DNA of 64,000 nucleotides, taken from a virus. Lineage: Duplodnaviria; Caudoviricetes. The DNA lies in the IMG/VR virus record IMGVR_UViG_3300033072_000033, positions 7,788-71,787 of that record; one strand, written 5' to 3'. Made by a program: the position numbers and the translations under genes. Shown in pieces: positions 16,662 to 26,338 of the stretch. Position 1 is the first letter of the stretch. Every line of letters starts with the position of its first letter. The notes below the pieces were generated by a model that saw only the letters and a program-made list of their open reading frames with translations, did no database searches and was not told the DNA's origin.

Positions 16662-17084
16662 ATGAACAACCTTGACGAAAATTTATCTGAACTATTTGAT
16701 GTGATGCCAATGGAAGTACCAGAAGTCCCAGCGGCCCCACCAAAACAAGAAGTATTACCGGCTGTTATTGATGACGATAATATTGAATCTGATTATCTCA
16801 CTGCTCGAACCAATATTAAGAGTTTGATTCAGAAGGGTGATACAGCAATTGAAGGCATCCTAAGAGTCGCAGAACAATCAGATCATCCAAGAGCATATGA
16901 AGTCGCTGCAACATTTATCAAAACTCTTGCGGATTTGAACAAGGATTTACTAGAACTCCAGAAACAGAAAAAAGAGTTAACTGGGGCAGTACAAACAACA
17001 AACAACCAAACTAACATCGATAAGGCAGTGTTCATCGGTTCTACTGCGGAATTGATAAAGATGATTAAAAACAAGGAAGAATAA
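16662..17084 (+). CDS. gp16: Terminase small subunit gp16
   Basis: DY..AR.NIKSLI.KG, SDHPRAYEVAATFIK, NIDKAVFIGSTAELIK. Confidence 0.9.
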   Translation: MNNLDENLSELFDVMPMEVPEVPAAPPKQEVLPAVIDDDNIESDYLTARTNIKSLIQKGDTAIEGILRVAEQSDHPRAYEVAATFIKTLADLNKDLLELQKQKKELTGAVQTTNNQTNIDKAVFIGSTAELIKMIKNKEE

Positions 17085-17518
17085 TGAATACACTAATCGA
17101 ACAAATGCGGGTTATTCTTGGTACTAACTTCGCGCTTTACTTTAAATCTCATTCGTTTCATTGGAATGTTCGTGGCCCAGATTTTACCCAGTACCATGCA
17201 TTTCTAGGTGACTTCTATACAGCAGTTTTTGATCAGACAGATTTCATTGCAGAAAAGATTCGGATGCTGGGTGCTTTTGCTCCAACTTCTCTGGGTCGTA
17301 TGCTGGAACTCGCTGATGTACAAGAAGAAGAATCAATTCCAGATGCACTAGAAATGATGCGCAAATTGAAGGCTGATAATGAACGTTTTATCTTTCATAT
17401 TCGCGCTGGTATTGCTGCCGCTGATAATGCAAACGAACCTGCTATTTCAAATTTTCTTCAGGATTTGCTGGACAAACATCAGAAACATGCTTGGATGTTG
17501 ACTAGTATCGTTAGTTAA
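17084..17518 (+). CDS. dps: Dps-family ferritin-like protein
   Basis: YFKSHSFHWNVRGPDF..YH..L, D.IAEKIRMLG, K.AWML. Confidence 0.9.
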   Translation: MNTLIEQMRVILGTNFALYFKSHSFHWNVRGPDFTQYHAFLGDFYTAVFDQTDFIAEKIRMLGAFAPTSLGRMLELADVQEEESIPDALEMMRKLKADNERFIFHIRAGIAAADNANEPAISNFLQDLLDKHQKHAWMLTSIVS

Positions 17519-17534
17519 GGTTTAAGTCTTTATT

Positions 17535-18431
17535 ATGTCTTCGAATATTGGTTATCTAGGAAATTCGAGTTTAAAGAGATCCGGGGTTGAAGTAGAATTT
17601 ACGGAAGAGCACGTTAGAGAAATTGCTAAGTGTGCAGAAGACCCCGTTTACTTTATCAAGAACTACGTAAAGATTGTTAACGTTGATAGGGGTCTCGTTC
17701 CATTTGCGATGTGGCCGTTTCAAGAAGAGATGGTCAAAGTCTATCACGAGAACAGATTTTCTATATGTAAGATGCCTCGTCAGTGTGGAAAAACGACCAC
17801 TGCTGCTGGTTATATGTTATGGTCGGTGTTGTTTAATGACGACTATAAAATCGCCATCCTTGCCAATAAAGGGGAATTAGCAAAAGATATTCTGGATCGA
17901 ATTAAGTATGCATATGAATATCTACCGACTTGGCTTCAACAGGGCATCATTGACTGGAATAAGAGCTATATTACTTTTGAGAATGGCTCTAAGATTAACG
18001 CCTATGCTACTTCAGGATCGGGCGTTCGAGGTGGTTCATATAATCTAGTATTCCTTGATGAGTTTGCGTTCGTGCCTCAAAATATGGCAACAGAATTCTT
18101 TACATCAACATATCCAGTTATTTCTTCAGGACAGACTACAAAGGTAATTATTGTATCCACGCCACATGGTCTTAATCACTTTTATAAAATGTGGACTGAT
18201 GCCGAAGAAGGTAGATCTACTTATAAACCACTAGAGATTCACTGGTCTATGGTTCCTGGTCGTGATGAGAAATGGAAGGAAGAAACGGTGCGCAACACTT
18301 CAGAAGAGCAGTTCAGACAGGAATTTGAGTCAATTTGCTACGAATCCTTGACAAATATAAATATAGATGGTATTATATCGGAAATCAGCATAGGAGAACT
18401 TTATGACCATCTCAAACACGAAAACGGATAG
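17535..18431 (+). CDS. gp17: Terminase large subunit gp17, N-part (ATPase) ending in a 33 aa split-intein N fragment
   Basis: Walker A PRQCGKTT, Walker B LVFLDEFAFV; extein ends FRQEFE, then SICYESLTNI..IGELY. Confidence 0.92.
   Translation: MSSNIGYLGNSSLKRSGVEVEFTEEHVREIAKCAEDPVYFIKNYVKIVNVDRGLVPFAMWPFQEEMVKVYHENRFSICKMPRQCGKTTTAAGYMLWSVLFNDDYKIAILANKGELAKDILDRIKYAYEYLPTWLQQGIIDWNKSYITFENGSKINAYATSGSGVRGGSYNLVFLDEFAFVPQNMATEFFTSTYPVISSGQTTKVIIVSTPHGLNHFYKMWTDAEEGRSTYKPLEIHWSMVPGRDEKWKEETVRNTSEEQFRQEFESICYESLTNINIDGIISEISIGELYDHLKHENG
18330..18428 (+). mobile_element. Atypically split intein, N fragment (33 aa, Ser1)
   Basis: Block-A-like sequence closely resembling the GOS-TerL N fragment as I recall it. 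Confidence 0.85.
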
Positions 18432-19548
18432 CAAAACGATAACTAAAGAACAATTGGAAGAACTCTATTTCGTCCAAAATATGTCGTTAAATCAAATTGG
18501 TTTACATTTTGGCTACATTGATAGACAGCCAATCATAAGGTTGTTTAAAAAATTTAATATAAAATCTAGGTCCAAAAAAGAACAGCAAAAGATTATTTAC
18601 GACAAAAAATACAACATACCAGCAAAAGAGGTTTTGCAATCGGAATTAGGGTCGTTTTCAATTTCAAAACTTTCAGAAAAGTATAATGTTAGTAGAAGCG
18701 TTTTATCAAAATGGCTCAAGTATTACAACATCCAATCGGATTATTTCGTAAACCACATAGATAAAGATGTATTAAATAAAGAAATAAATGAATATACAAT
18801 ATTCGAATTGATGGAAAAGTATAATACCGACGCACAATCAATTAAACAAAGACTATCACACTTTCCGAAAAAAATCATCTCTAAAGAAAAATTAAAGGAA
18901 ATCATTGGAAAACTTGATGTGAATAATCCTGGATTCACAAAACAGATAAAATTGGTTGATGATAATGTATATGAATCCGTATTACATCATACGCAAGACC
19001 ACATACTATCTACTGAAAAAATATCAGAACGGGTGTATAGAATCATCAATGATTATGACAAAGATCAAATCAAACGCTGTATCAATACAAACGAACCATT
19101 GAAATTTTATACCATGAAGAAAGGATATGGATATTCAGATTTATCTGTTTCGAAAGAAGGTTTTGTTTGGACAGAAATATTCAATATAGGCTGTTCCAAA
19201 ATTTCACAAAAGCTGTTCTGGGAAATTTACAACTCATGCGATAAAGAAATGCAATCTAATATGAAATTTTACGAGTTAAATTCGGAAGTCAAAATTAATA
19301 TCCCACAAAACCTTGTATCTGAACAAAGTAATAAATATGCATATTCGGCGGATTTTATGTTAGGTAAACGGTTGATCGAATTTGATGGTGATTATTGGCA
19401 TGGCCGCGAATCGGTTAAAATGAAGGATGTGTGTAGGGATAATATTCTCTCGCAACTCGGTTATACAACATTGCGTATCGCAGAAAATGATTATAGAAAC
19501 AATCCAAAAGAAACTTTACAAGAATGTCTAATCTTCCTGAGACAGTAG
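18403..19548 (+). mobile_element. Vsr/DUF559-like homing endonuclease between the gp17 halves
   Basis: C-terminal DFMLGKRLIEFDGDYWHG..RD..L..LGY..LRI; N-terminal HTH-like repeats; overlaps both gp17 parts. Confidence 0.8.
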
Positions 19549-19871
19549 TACTCAATTCCAAAAAACTTAAGATTGAATCTCCAGAAGGTTTTGTCGATTT
19601 CCTTGGTATCAATAAGATATCAAAGGACTCATACATTCACCTAAAATTCTCGGATGGCTCAGAGCTAAAATGTTCTGAGGACCATCCGATTTCTACTATT
19701 AACGGCATAGTCAAAGCTAAAGACCTTGATAAGAAAACCGAAGTAGAAACCAAAACTAAAGGTTGTTTTGTTACCTCTAAGCGATATATTAAGAAAAAGA
19801 TTGACCTGTATGATATCGTTAACTCTGGAACAAAACATCTATACTACTCAAACGGCATAGTATCTCATAAC
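19524..19871 (+). mobile_element. Atypically split intein, C fragment (blocks B, F, G)
   Basis: LKCSEDH (block B), LYDIV (F), YYSNGIVSHN/C (G, +1 Cys). Confidence 0.9.
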
Positions 19872-20726
19872 TGCGAATTTATTGGATCTTCTGCAACACT
19901 GATTCCTGGGTCGAAACTGAGATCCCTTGCCTTTAAAGACCCTCTTGAACGTACTGATGATGGTCTAGATATATTCCAAAGACCGATAGATGGACACACT
20001 TATATCGCTACAGTGGATTGTTCGGAAGGCGTTGGACAAGATTATTCCACGATCTCTGTATTTGATATCACTGAAATGCCTTATCGTCAGGTTGCAAAAT
20101 ATCGTAACAACCAGATCGCACCCCTGTTATATCCGACACATATCTATAACGTCGCCACAATTTACAACAATGCTTATGTACTGGTCGAAACTAATAATAT
20201 CGGCCAGCAAGTAGTTGATATTCTTCACTACGATCTTGAATACGAAAATATATTCAGACTCGAAAATAATAGTAATAAAGGTCAAACAATTTCTGCTGGT
20301 TTTAGAAAGAGTGTTTCGTTCGGTATTAAAACTACGAAGTCTGTTAAGAAAATCGGCTGTGCTAACTTAAAAACACTCGTAGAAAATGATAAGTTAATTA
20401 TTGAAGACTTTGATACGATTTATGAGTTGAATACCTTTGTTCGTATTAGAGATTCTTTTGGTGCTGAAGAAGGTAGTAATGATGATCTAGTAATGACTCT
20501 TGTGTTCTTTGCATGGTTGGTTGCTCAGAGTTTCTTTAAGGAAAGTACGAACTCTGATATTAGACAGCGATTGATGGAGGAACATCAATTAAAGCTGGAA
20601 GATGAAGTGGCTCCTGTTGGTGTATTTGATGATGGTAGACAGGCAGAAACGTTCATAGATACTAATGATGATCTTTGGACAGTCTCTGATTCTATGCATC
20701 GCGGCTATATTCCTACGAATTTCTAA
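19524..20726 (+). CDS. gp17: gp17 C-part (nuclease) preceded by a 116 aa split-intein C fragment
   Basis: Intein ends VSHN then CEFIGSS; nuclease motifs TVDCSEGVGQDYS, VETNNIG, NDDLVM. Confidence 0.92.
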   Translation: MSNLPETVVLNSKKLKIESPEGFVDFLGINKISKDSYIHLKFSDGSELKCSEDHPISTINGIVKAKDLDKKTEVETKTKGCFVTSKRYIKKKIDLYDIVNSGTKHLYYSNGIVSHNCEFIGSSATLIPGSKLRSLAFKDPLERTDDGLDIFQRPIDGHTYIATVDCSEGVGQDYSTISVFDITEMPYRQVAKYRNNQIAPLLYPTHIYNVATIYNNAYVLVETNNIGQQVVDILHYDLEYENIFRLENNSNKGQTISAGFRKSVSFGIKTTKSVKKIGCANLKTLVENDKLIIEDFDTIYELNTFVRIRDSFGAEEGSNDDLVMTLVFFAWLVAQSFFKESTNSDIRQRLMEEHQLKLEDEVAPVGVFDDGRQAETFIDTNDDLWTVSDSMHRGYIPTNF

Positions 20727-20786
20727 AAACCTAAATAGACTATAAAGTAGATTTAAAAGTTCCAGAATTTTAAAGGAGAACATAAT

Positions 20787-22457
20787 ATGAGCTTTCAATT
20801 ATCACCCGGAGTTAATGTCTCTGAAGTAGATCTGACAACATCAGTACCATCTGTTGCGACTACTGTTGGTGGTTTTGCAGGTGAGTTTGCATGGGGTCCT
20901 TGCGAGGGAGTAACAATCGTTCCTAGCGAGATCCGTCTTGTTGACACATTCGGTAAACCAAACGACACCACATTCCAATATTTTTTCACCGCAGCCAACT
21001 TCCTGTCTTATGGTAGTGATCTGCGTGTAGTTCGTGCTGCTAATACCGGCACTCTGAACGCAACGACCACTGGTGTCGGTGTTCAAATTAAGAACCGCCT
21101 TGATTACACTCAAAATCATTCAAGTGGTGTTGGTTCGGACGATTTCACTGCAAAGTATCCAGGCACTCTAGGTAATTCGATTGGTGTTTCGATCTGTGAT
21201 TCAAACACATTCGTTGGTTGGGCATATGCTGGTACGTTCGATTCGGCTCCTGCTACGTCTGACTATGCCACCGCTAAAGATTCGGCCAATGATGAACTGC
21301 ATATCGTTGTGTTTGATACCACTGGTGCTATTTCTGGCACTGCTGGCACGGTTCTTGAAAAATTCCCATATGTTTCTAAAGCATCTGATGCCAAGAACTC
21401 TGATGGCTCGTCAAACTACTATAAAGACGCTCTGAATAGCCGCTCTAAGTATGTTTGGTGGACTCGTCATAATTCAGAAGGCACTAACTGGGGTACTGCT
21501 GCAACTGCCACTGCCTCATTCGCTCTACTGACTGCTGCTGATACTTTCAATCTGTCTGGTGGTGCTTATGTGACTGCTTCGACTGGCGATTTGCAACGCG
21601 CATATGACCTATTCGCCAATGCCGACTCTATTGATGTGTCGCTTCTGATGGCTGGCCCTGCTGCAACTAACACGATCCCTAATTATCTGGTCGCTATGGC
21701 TGAATCGCGTAAGGATGCTCTTGCATTCGTTTCGCCACCACAATCTGCCGTCGTTGATAACGTTGGTTCTGAAGCTACTGATGTTGTTGCTTTCCGCAAT
21801 ACTTTGACTTCATCTTCGTATGCAGTTATGGATAGTGGCTACAAGTATCAATACGACAAGTATAATGACACTTATCGCTGGGTTCCTTTGAATGGTGATA
21901 TCGCTGGTCTGTGTGTTCGCACCGATTCCGAGCGCGACCCTTGGTTCTCTCCTGCTGGTACTAATCGTGGTGTTATCAAGAATGTTGTTAAGCTTTCTTG
22001 GAATCCAACTAAGCCAGAGCGCGACGAACTGTATAAGGTTGGTGTTAACTCGGTTGTTACGTTCCCAGGCGAAGGTACGATTTTGTATGGTGATAAGACC
22101 CTACTGAGCCGACCAAGCGCATTTGATCGTATCAATGTTCGCAGACTGTTCATTGTTCTGGAAAAGGCGATTGCTCGTGCCGCTCGTACTTCACTGTTCG
22201 AATTCAATGATGAGTTTACGCGTGCCGCATTCGTAAATCTGGTTGAACCGTATCTGCGTGACGTTCAAGGTCGCCGTGGCATCTATGACTTCCGCGTTGT
22301 TTGTGATACTACGAACAACACTGGTGAAGTTATTGACCGCAACGAGTTTGTTGGTGATATCTACATCAAGCCAGCCCGTTCAATCAATTACATCCAATTG
22401 AATTTCACTGCTGTTCGCACTGGCGTGAGCTTTGATGAAATTGTTGGCACTGTTTAA
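20787..22457 (+). CDS. gp18: Tail sheath protein gp18
   Basis: LSPGVNVSEVDLT, PWFSPAG.NRG, GDKT..SAFDRINVRRLF, YIKPARSINYI.LNF. Confidence 0.95.
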   Translation: MSFQLSPGVNVSEVDLTTSVPSVATTVGGFAGEFAWGPCEGVTIVPSEIRLVDTFGKPNDTTFQYFFTAANFLSYGSDLRVVRAANTGTLNATTTGVGVQIKNRLDYTQNHSSGVGSDDFTAKYPGTLGNSIGVSICDSNTFVGWAYAGTFDSAPATSDYATAKDSANDELHIVVFDTTGAISGTAGTVLEKFPYVSKASDAKNSDGSSNYYKDALNSRSKYVWWTRHNSEGTNWGTAATATASFALLTAADTFNLSGGAYVTASTGDLQRAYDLFANADSIDVSLLMAGPAATNTIPNYLVAMAESRKDALAFVSPPQSAVVDNVGSEATDVVAFRNTLTSSSYAVMDSGYKYQYDKYNDTYRWVPLNGDIAGLCVRTDSERDPWFSPAGTNRGVIKNVVKLSWNPTKPERDELYKVGVNSVVTFPGEGTILYGDKTLLSRPSAFDRINVRRLFIVLEKAIARAARTSLFEFNDEFTRAAFVNLVEPYLRDVQGRRGIYDFRVVCDTTNNTGEVIDRNEFVGDIYIKPARSINYIQLNFTAVRTGVSFDEIVGTV

Positions 22458-22463
22458 TAAATA
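22456..22463 (+). promoter_or_regulatory. Late promoter variant AATAAATA upstream of gp19
   Basis: One mismatch; followed by AGGAG RBS. Confidence 0.55.
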
Positions 22464-22483
22464 GAGAGATAGGAGAAATTTAA

Positions 22484-23029
22484 ATGGCATTTTCTGTAAA
22501 TGAGTTCCGCTCTCAGATGACTGGTGACGGTGCTCGTCCCAATCTGTTTGAAGTTAGCATGAACTTCCCTAACTTCTCGAATCCAGGTAACGCACAGCAA
22601 AAGCTTACATTCATGTGTAAGACTGCGCAACTTCCTGGTTCGACGGTTAATACTGTTCCAGTTCAATACTTTGGTCGTGAACTGAAGTTTGCTGGTAATC
22701 GTGTGTTCCAAGACTGGACTATTTCTGTAATCAACGACGAAGACTTTGTTGTTCGTAATGCCTTCGAACGTTGGATGAATGGTATGAATAGTCATAACCT
22801 AAATATCCGTAACCCTGCTGCTGCTTCACCTGCTGGCTATACGACTGATGCTACTGTTACTCAATACGGTAAGAGCGGCAACACCCTAAAGCAATATAAG
22901 TTTATCGGTGTGTTCCCAACGGATCTGTCGCCAATTGATGTTGATTGGGGTTCGAATGATACCATTGAAGAGTTCACAGTAACTCTTAGCTACCAATGGT
23001 GGACTTCCGAACAGGACAACGTAGCTTAA
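22484..23029 (+). CDS. gp19: Tail tube protein gp19
   Basis: GARPNLFEV, GRELKFAGNR.F.DWTISVINDEDF, IEEFTVT. Confidence 0.95.
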   Translation: MAFSVNEFRSQMTGDGARPNLFEVSMNFPNFSNPGNAQQKLTFMCKTAQLPGSTVNTVPVQYFGRELKFAGNRVFQDWTISVINDEDFVVRNAFERWMNGMNSHNLNIRNPAAASPAGYTTDATVTQYGKSGNTLKQYKFIGVFPTDLSPIDVDWGSNDTIEEFTVTLSYQWWTSEQDNVA

Positions 23030-23037
23030 TTAGTATC

Positions 23038-23066
23038 GGGAGGAGTTAATTCTCCTCCCATACTTT
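23038..23066 (+). terminator. Stem-loop after gp19 (gggaggag/ctcctccc)
   Basis: 8 bp stem, extendable by agtat/atact; short T run. Confidence 0.55.
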
Positions 23067-23089
23067 CATAATGATATAAAGGATTATTA

Positions 23090-24745
23090 GTGGCAAAACT
23101 ATTTGGATTCACATTAGGTAAGAAAGATATCGTTCAGGCAGAAAAACCTGAACAGTCTTCGTTCGCCCTTCCTACTGCCTCGCTTGATGATGGCGCAGTT
23201 ACTATTACTCAGAACGCCCACTATGGCACATATGTAGACCTAGAAGGCGCTGTTCGTAACGAATTAGAATTAATCACTCGATATCGCGAAATGGCTAATC
23301 ATCCTGAATTGGATCAAGCTATTACTGAAATCGTGGATGAAGCAATTACTCATGATGAAGATGGTTCGGTTTGTACTATTGTTCTAGATAAACTAAAACA
23401 ACCCGAAAACATCAAAAAGAAAATTATTGAAGAGTTTAACAATGTCCAGAAGATGTTGAACTTTAATAACCTCGCTGATGACATCTTCCGGCGCTGGTAT
23501 ACTGATGGTCGCATTTACTTTCATGTGATTGTAAATGAAAAGAACCCAAAAGAAGGTATCCAAGAATTACGTTATATTGATCCACGTAAGATTCGCAAGA
23601 TCCGTGAAGTCAAAAAAGGCCGTGATCCAAAGACTGGCGCAGAGATCATCCAATCAACTGCTGAATACTACGTTTATAATGAACGCCCATCAATGGCGCA
23701 GAATTATACAGCAGGCACTAATGCAGGTCTTCGCATTGCCCCAGAATCAGTCATTAATGTTAACTCTGGAATGATGGATGCTAAAAATACATTCGTCATC
23801 TCATATCTGCACAAAGCAATTAAGCCACTCAATCAACTTCGTATGGTTGAGGATGCTATCGTAATTTATCGTTTGTCTCGTGCTCCCGAACGTCGTATTT
23901 TTTATATTGACGTTGGTAATCTCCCCAAAGGTAAAGCTGAACAGTATCTGCGTGACGTTATGGTTAAGTATCGTAACAAGATGGTCTATGATGCTAATAC
24001 TGGCGAACTGCGTGATGATCGTAAGCACATGTCAATGCTTGAAGATTTCTGGCTTCCTCGTCGCGAAGGTGGTAAGGGTACAGAAATTACCACACTTCCA
24101 GCCGGTCAGAATCTTGGCGAACTTGCTGATGTTCAATACTTCCAAAAGAAACTCTATCAATCGCTGAATGTTCCATACTCACGCCTAGATCCTCAAAGTG
24201 GTGGTGGTGGTATGGTTGGTCTCGGTAGAACAACTGAAGTAACACGCGATGAATTGAAGTTTAATAAGTTCGTTGTTCGCCTCCGTAATAAATTCTCACA
24301 GATCTTTGATAACGCCCTCCGAGTTCAATTGGCACTTAAAGGCATCTGCACTCAAGAAGAATGGGATCAGTTTAAAGAATCAATTTATTACGACTTTAAG
24401 GTTGATAATAACTTCACCGAAATGCGTGATGCAGAACTCCTTCAAAACCGTCTGCAAATGATGAATATTATCGATCCTTATGTTGGTCGCTATTTCTCAC
24501 AGCAATGGGTTAAGAAAAATGTTCTTCAGATGGATGATGAAGAAATTGAAGAGATGCAAAAACAAATCGATTCAGAGCCAGAACCTCCTGAGATGGGTCC
24601 TGATGGTCGCCCAGTTCAACCAGAAGTCACTGCCGACGAATATCCACCTGAGGATAATGTTACAGATAAAGCACAAACTGAAACTGAAACTCCTGAATTA
24701 GATCGATTAGTTGATAGATATTCAAGAGTCCTAAATACAAAATAA
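23090..24745 (+). CDS. gp20: Portal protein gp20
   Basis: WY.DGRIY, YRLSRAPERRIFYIDVGNLPK.KAEQYL, MLEDFWLPRREGG.GTEITTLP. Confidence 0.96.
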   Translation: MAKLFGFTLGKKDIVQAEKPEQSSFALPTASLDDGAVTITQNAHYGTYVDLEGAVRNELELITRYREMANHPELDQAITEIVDEAITHDEDGSVCTIVLDKLKQPENIKKKIIEEFNNVQKMLNFNNLADDIFRRWYTDGRIYFHVIVNEKNPKEGIQELRYIDPRKIRKIREVKKGRDPKTGAEIIQSTAEYYVYNERPSMAQNYTAGTNAGLRIAPESVINVNSGMMDAKNTFVISYLHKAIKPLNQLRMVEDAIVIYRLSRAPERRIFYIDVGNLPKGKAEQYLRDVMVKYRNKMVYDANTGELRDDRKHMSMLEDFWLPRREGGKGTEITTLPAGQNLGELADVQYFQKKLYQSLNVPYSRLDPQSGGGGMVGLGRTTEVTRDELKFNKFVVRLRNKFSQIFDNALRVQLALKGICTQEEWDQFKESIYYDFKVDNNFTEMRDAELLQNRLQMMNIIDPYVGRYFSQQWVKKNVLQMDDEEIEEMQKQIDSEPEPPEMGPDGRPVQPEVTADEYPPEDNVTDKAQTETETPELDRLVDRYSRVLNTK

Positions 24746-24754
24746 GGAAATATT

Positions 24755-24916
24755 ATGGATCAAATTAAGAACTTCATCGACCTAGTTGCACAGGGTAATA
24801 ACATCGAAGCCAAAGAAGCTATTGATAGTCTTCTGTCAACTCGCGCATTTGAACAACTAGAAACGAAGAAACAAGAAATCGCTGGCACACTGTTCGGCAC
24901 TGAAACCCAAGAGTAA
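24755..24916 (+). CDS. Small prohead core protein (gp67-like); not in the ORF track
   Basis: Hand translation MDQIKNFIDLVAQGNNIEAKEAIDSLLSTRAFEQLETKKQEIAGTLFGTETQE (53 aa), AAGGA RBS, position after gp20. Confidence 0.6.
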   Translation: MDQIKNFIDLVAQGNNIEAKEAIDSLLSTRAFEQLETKKQEIAGTLFGTETQE

Positions 24917-24926
24917 TTCCAGCACT

Positions 24927-25532
24927 ATGAAATCACTTCAAGATTTTAAATCCAATCTCACAGAGTCTGATCTGAATGAGACGATGGTTGCTTCGTCTGA
25001 TTATAAGATTAGTGCCACTGGAAGAAAGTATCATGCACACCGAATGAAGATTGGTGATACGACATCAGGAGTTAAATATGCTACTGATGATGAAATGGAA
25101 GACCCAAAAAAGCTGTTGAAGAAGGGTGAGATTAAATTGAAGGTCGTTGAGAGTATTAAACATCTTGGCGGCGATCCTCCATTCACTCTAGTGCTCAAGC
25201 GCCAATCAATTCGTATGTTTGACCATGATACTAAGATCGCGCTTTATTATAACGAACAATTGAAGACATATTTCAGTGTTCCTTATTCAAACAAGACTGG
25301 CGCTGTTCTCGGTCCAATTCAATCCGAGAGCACTATCCTAGGTAAAATCAAAGAAGGCACTATTGTTCATAAAGACGGAAGTGAATCTAAGATCAATGAA
25401 CAAATTGCTGAGGATTTGATTAATACACACTTCAGTCTCAATGAAAGTAATAAGGCTAAGTTTGAAGATCTGATTGAAATGAATGCAGCCGGTCTAGAAA
25501 AAGCAATCGAATTTTCAAGTAAGAGCAAATGA
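24927..25532 (+). CDS. Hypothetical prohead-region protein
   Basis: 201 aa between gp20 and gp21; MKSLQDFKSNLTE start. Confidence 0.6.
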   Translation: MKSLQDFKSNLTESDLNETMVASSDYKISATGRKYHAHRMKIGDTTSGVKYATDDEMEDPKKLLKKGEIKLKVVESIKHLGGDPPFTLVLKRQSIRMFDHDTKIALYYNEQLKTYFSVPYSNKTGAVLGPIQSESTILGKIKEGTIVHKDGSESKINEQIAEDLINTHFSLNESNKAKFEDLIEMNAAGLEKAIEFSSKSK

Positions 25533-25972
25533 AACTATTAGATCTTATCGTTCAGAATAAGTTGACTGAAGCTAAGGAATTAGTATTTCAGCAATTGAAT
25601 AGTATCGCATCTAAGCGCCTTGAAGAATCTAGGCGTTATGTGGCCTCTGATATGTTTGAGGAAGTTGAAGAATTAGAAGAGGCTAATCGATCATCTAATA
25701 TTCTAAGACAGGGTAGAGTTAATAAAATTCGTCGCAGAATCCGTCGAAATAAGCAAGGCAGAATCATCATTCAACGTAATGTTAAACGTTCTGCTATTAA
25801 AGGTTATAGAGTCTCTGGCAATACAGTACGAAGAATCTCTGCTGTTGATAAGATTAATAAGTCCAGAAAACTTAAAAGATATTGGAAATCAAAAGGTCGT
25901 GCCAAATTAGGTAGAACTCTGTTGAAGAGAAGAATGTCTAATCTGCGCCGTCAATCAATGGGAATACGATAA
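25529..25972 (+). CDS. Prohead core protein (gp68-like), Arg/Lys-rich
   Basis: Acidic LEE region followed by highly basic C-half; synteny. Confidence 0.6.
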   Translation: MKLLDLIVQNKLTEAKELVFQQLNSIASKRLEESRRYVASDMFEEVEELEEANRSSNILRQGRVNKIRRRIRRNKQGRIIIQRNVKRSAIKGYRVSGNTVRRISAVDKINKSRKLKRYWKSKGRAKLGRTLLKRRMSNLRRQSMGIR

Positions 25973-26338
25973 ATGGCATATGAAATTGTAAATTCACGTA
26001 GAGGTTCATCGATCATTCGTGTTGTTGGTGCAGGGACTGTTACCACGACTCTGGATAATCTTTCAACCAATACCACACTAGAAATTGTTGATAGTGCAAG
26101 TATTAAGCGTATCAATTGGTCAGCAGCCCCAACGGGTAATGTGACTATTGCTCGCGGCGCTACTCCGAATACCATCTTCGAACTTTATGGTTCGGGTGAA
26201 ATTCGTCTTGATGAATGGGGTGCGTCTCAAGCTAATGGTGCAACAGGTAATATCGTCATCACAGTTGCTGTTGGTGGTACTGTTGTTTTGGACGTATCTA
26301 AGACTGCAACATACACAACTAATCTGGACAACCTATAA
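25973..26338 (+). CDS. Hypothetical protein upstream of gp21
   Basis: 121 aa beta-rich ORF coupled to gp21. Confidence 0.6.
   Translation: MAYEIVNSRRGSSIIRVVGAGTVTTTLDNLSTNTTLEIVDSASIKRINWSAAPTGNVTIARGATPNTIFELYGSGEIRLDEWGASQANGATGNIVITVAVGGTVVLDVSKTATYTTNLDNL

Noticed and set aside
18330-19871. Group I intron or frameshift error explaining the broken gp17 and gp41
   Set aside because: Complete complementary intein blocks flank each break and the exteins rejoin exactly; no intron core recognised, though RNA splicing is not formally excluded
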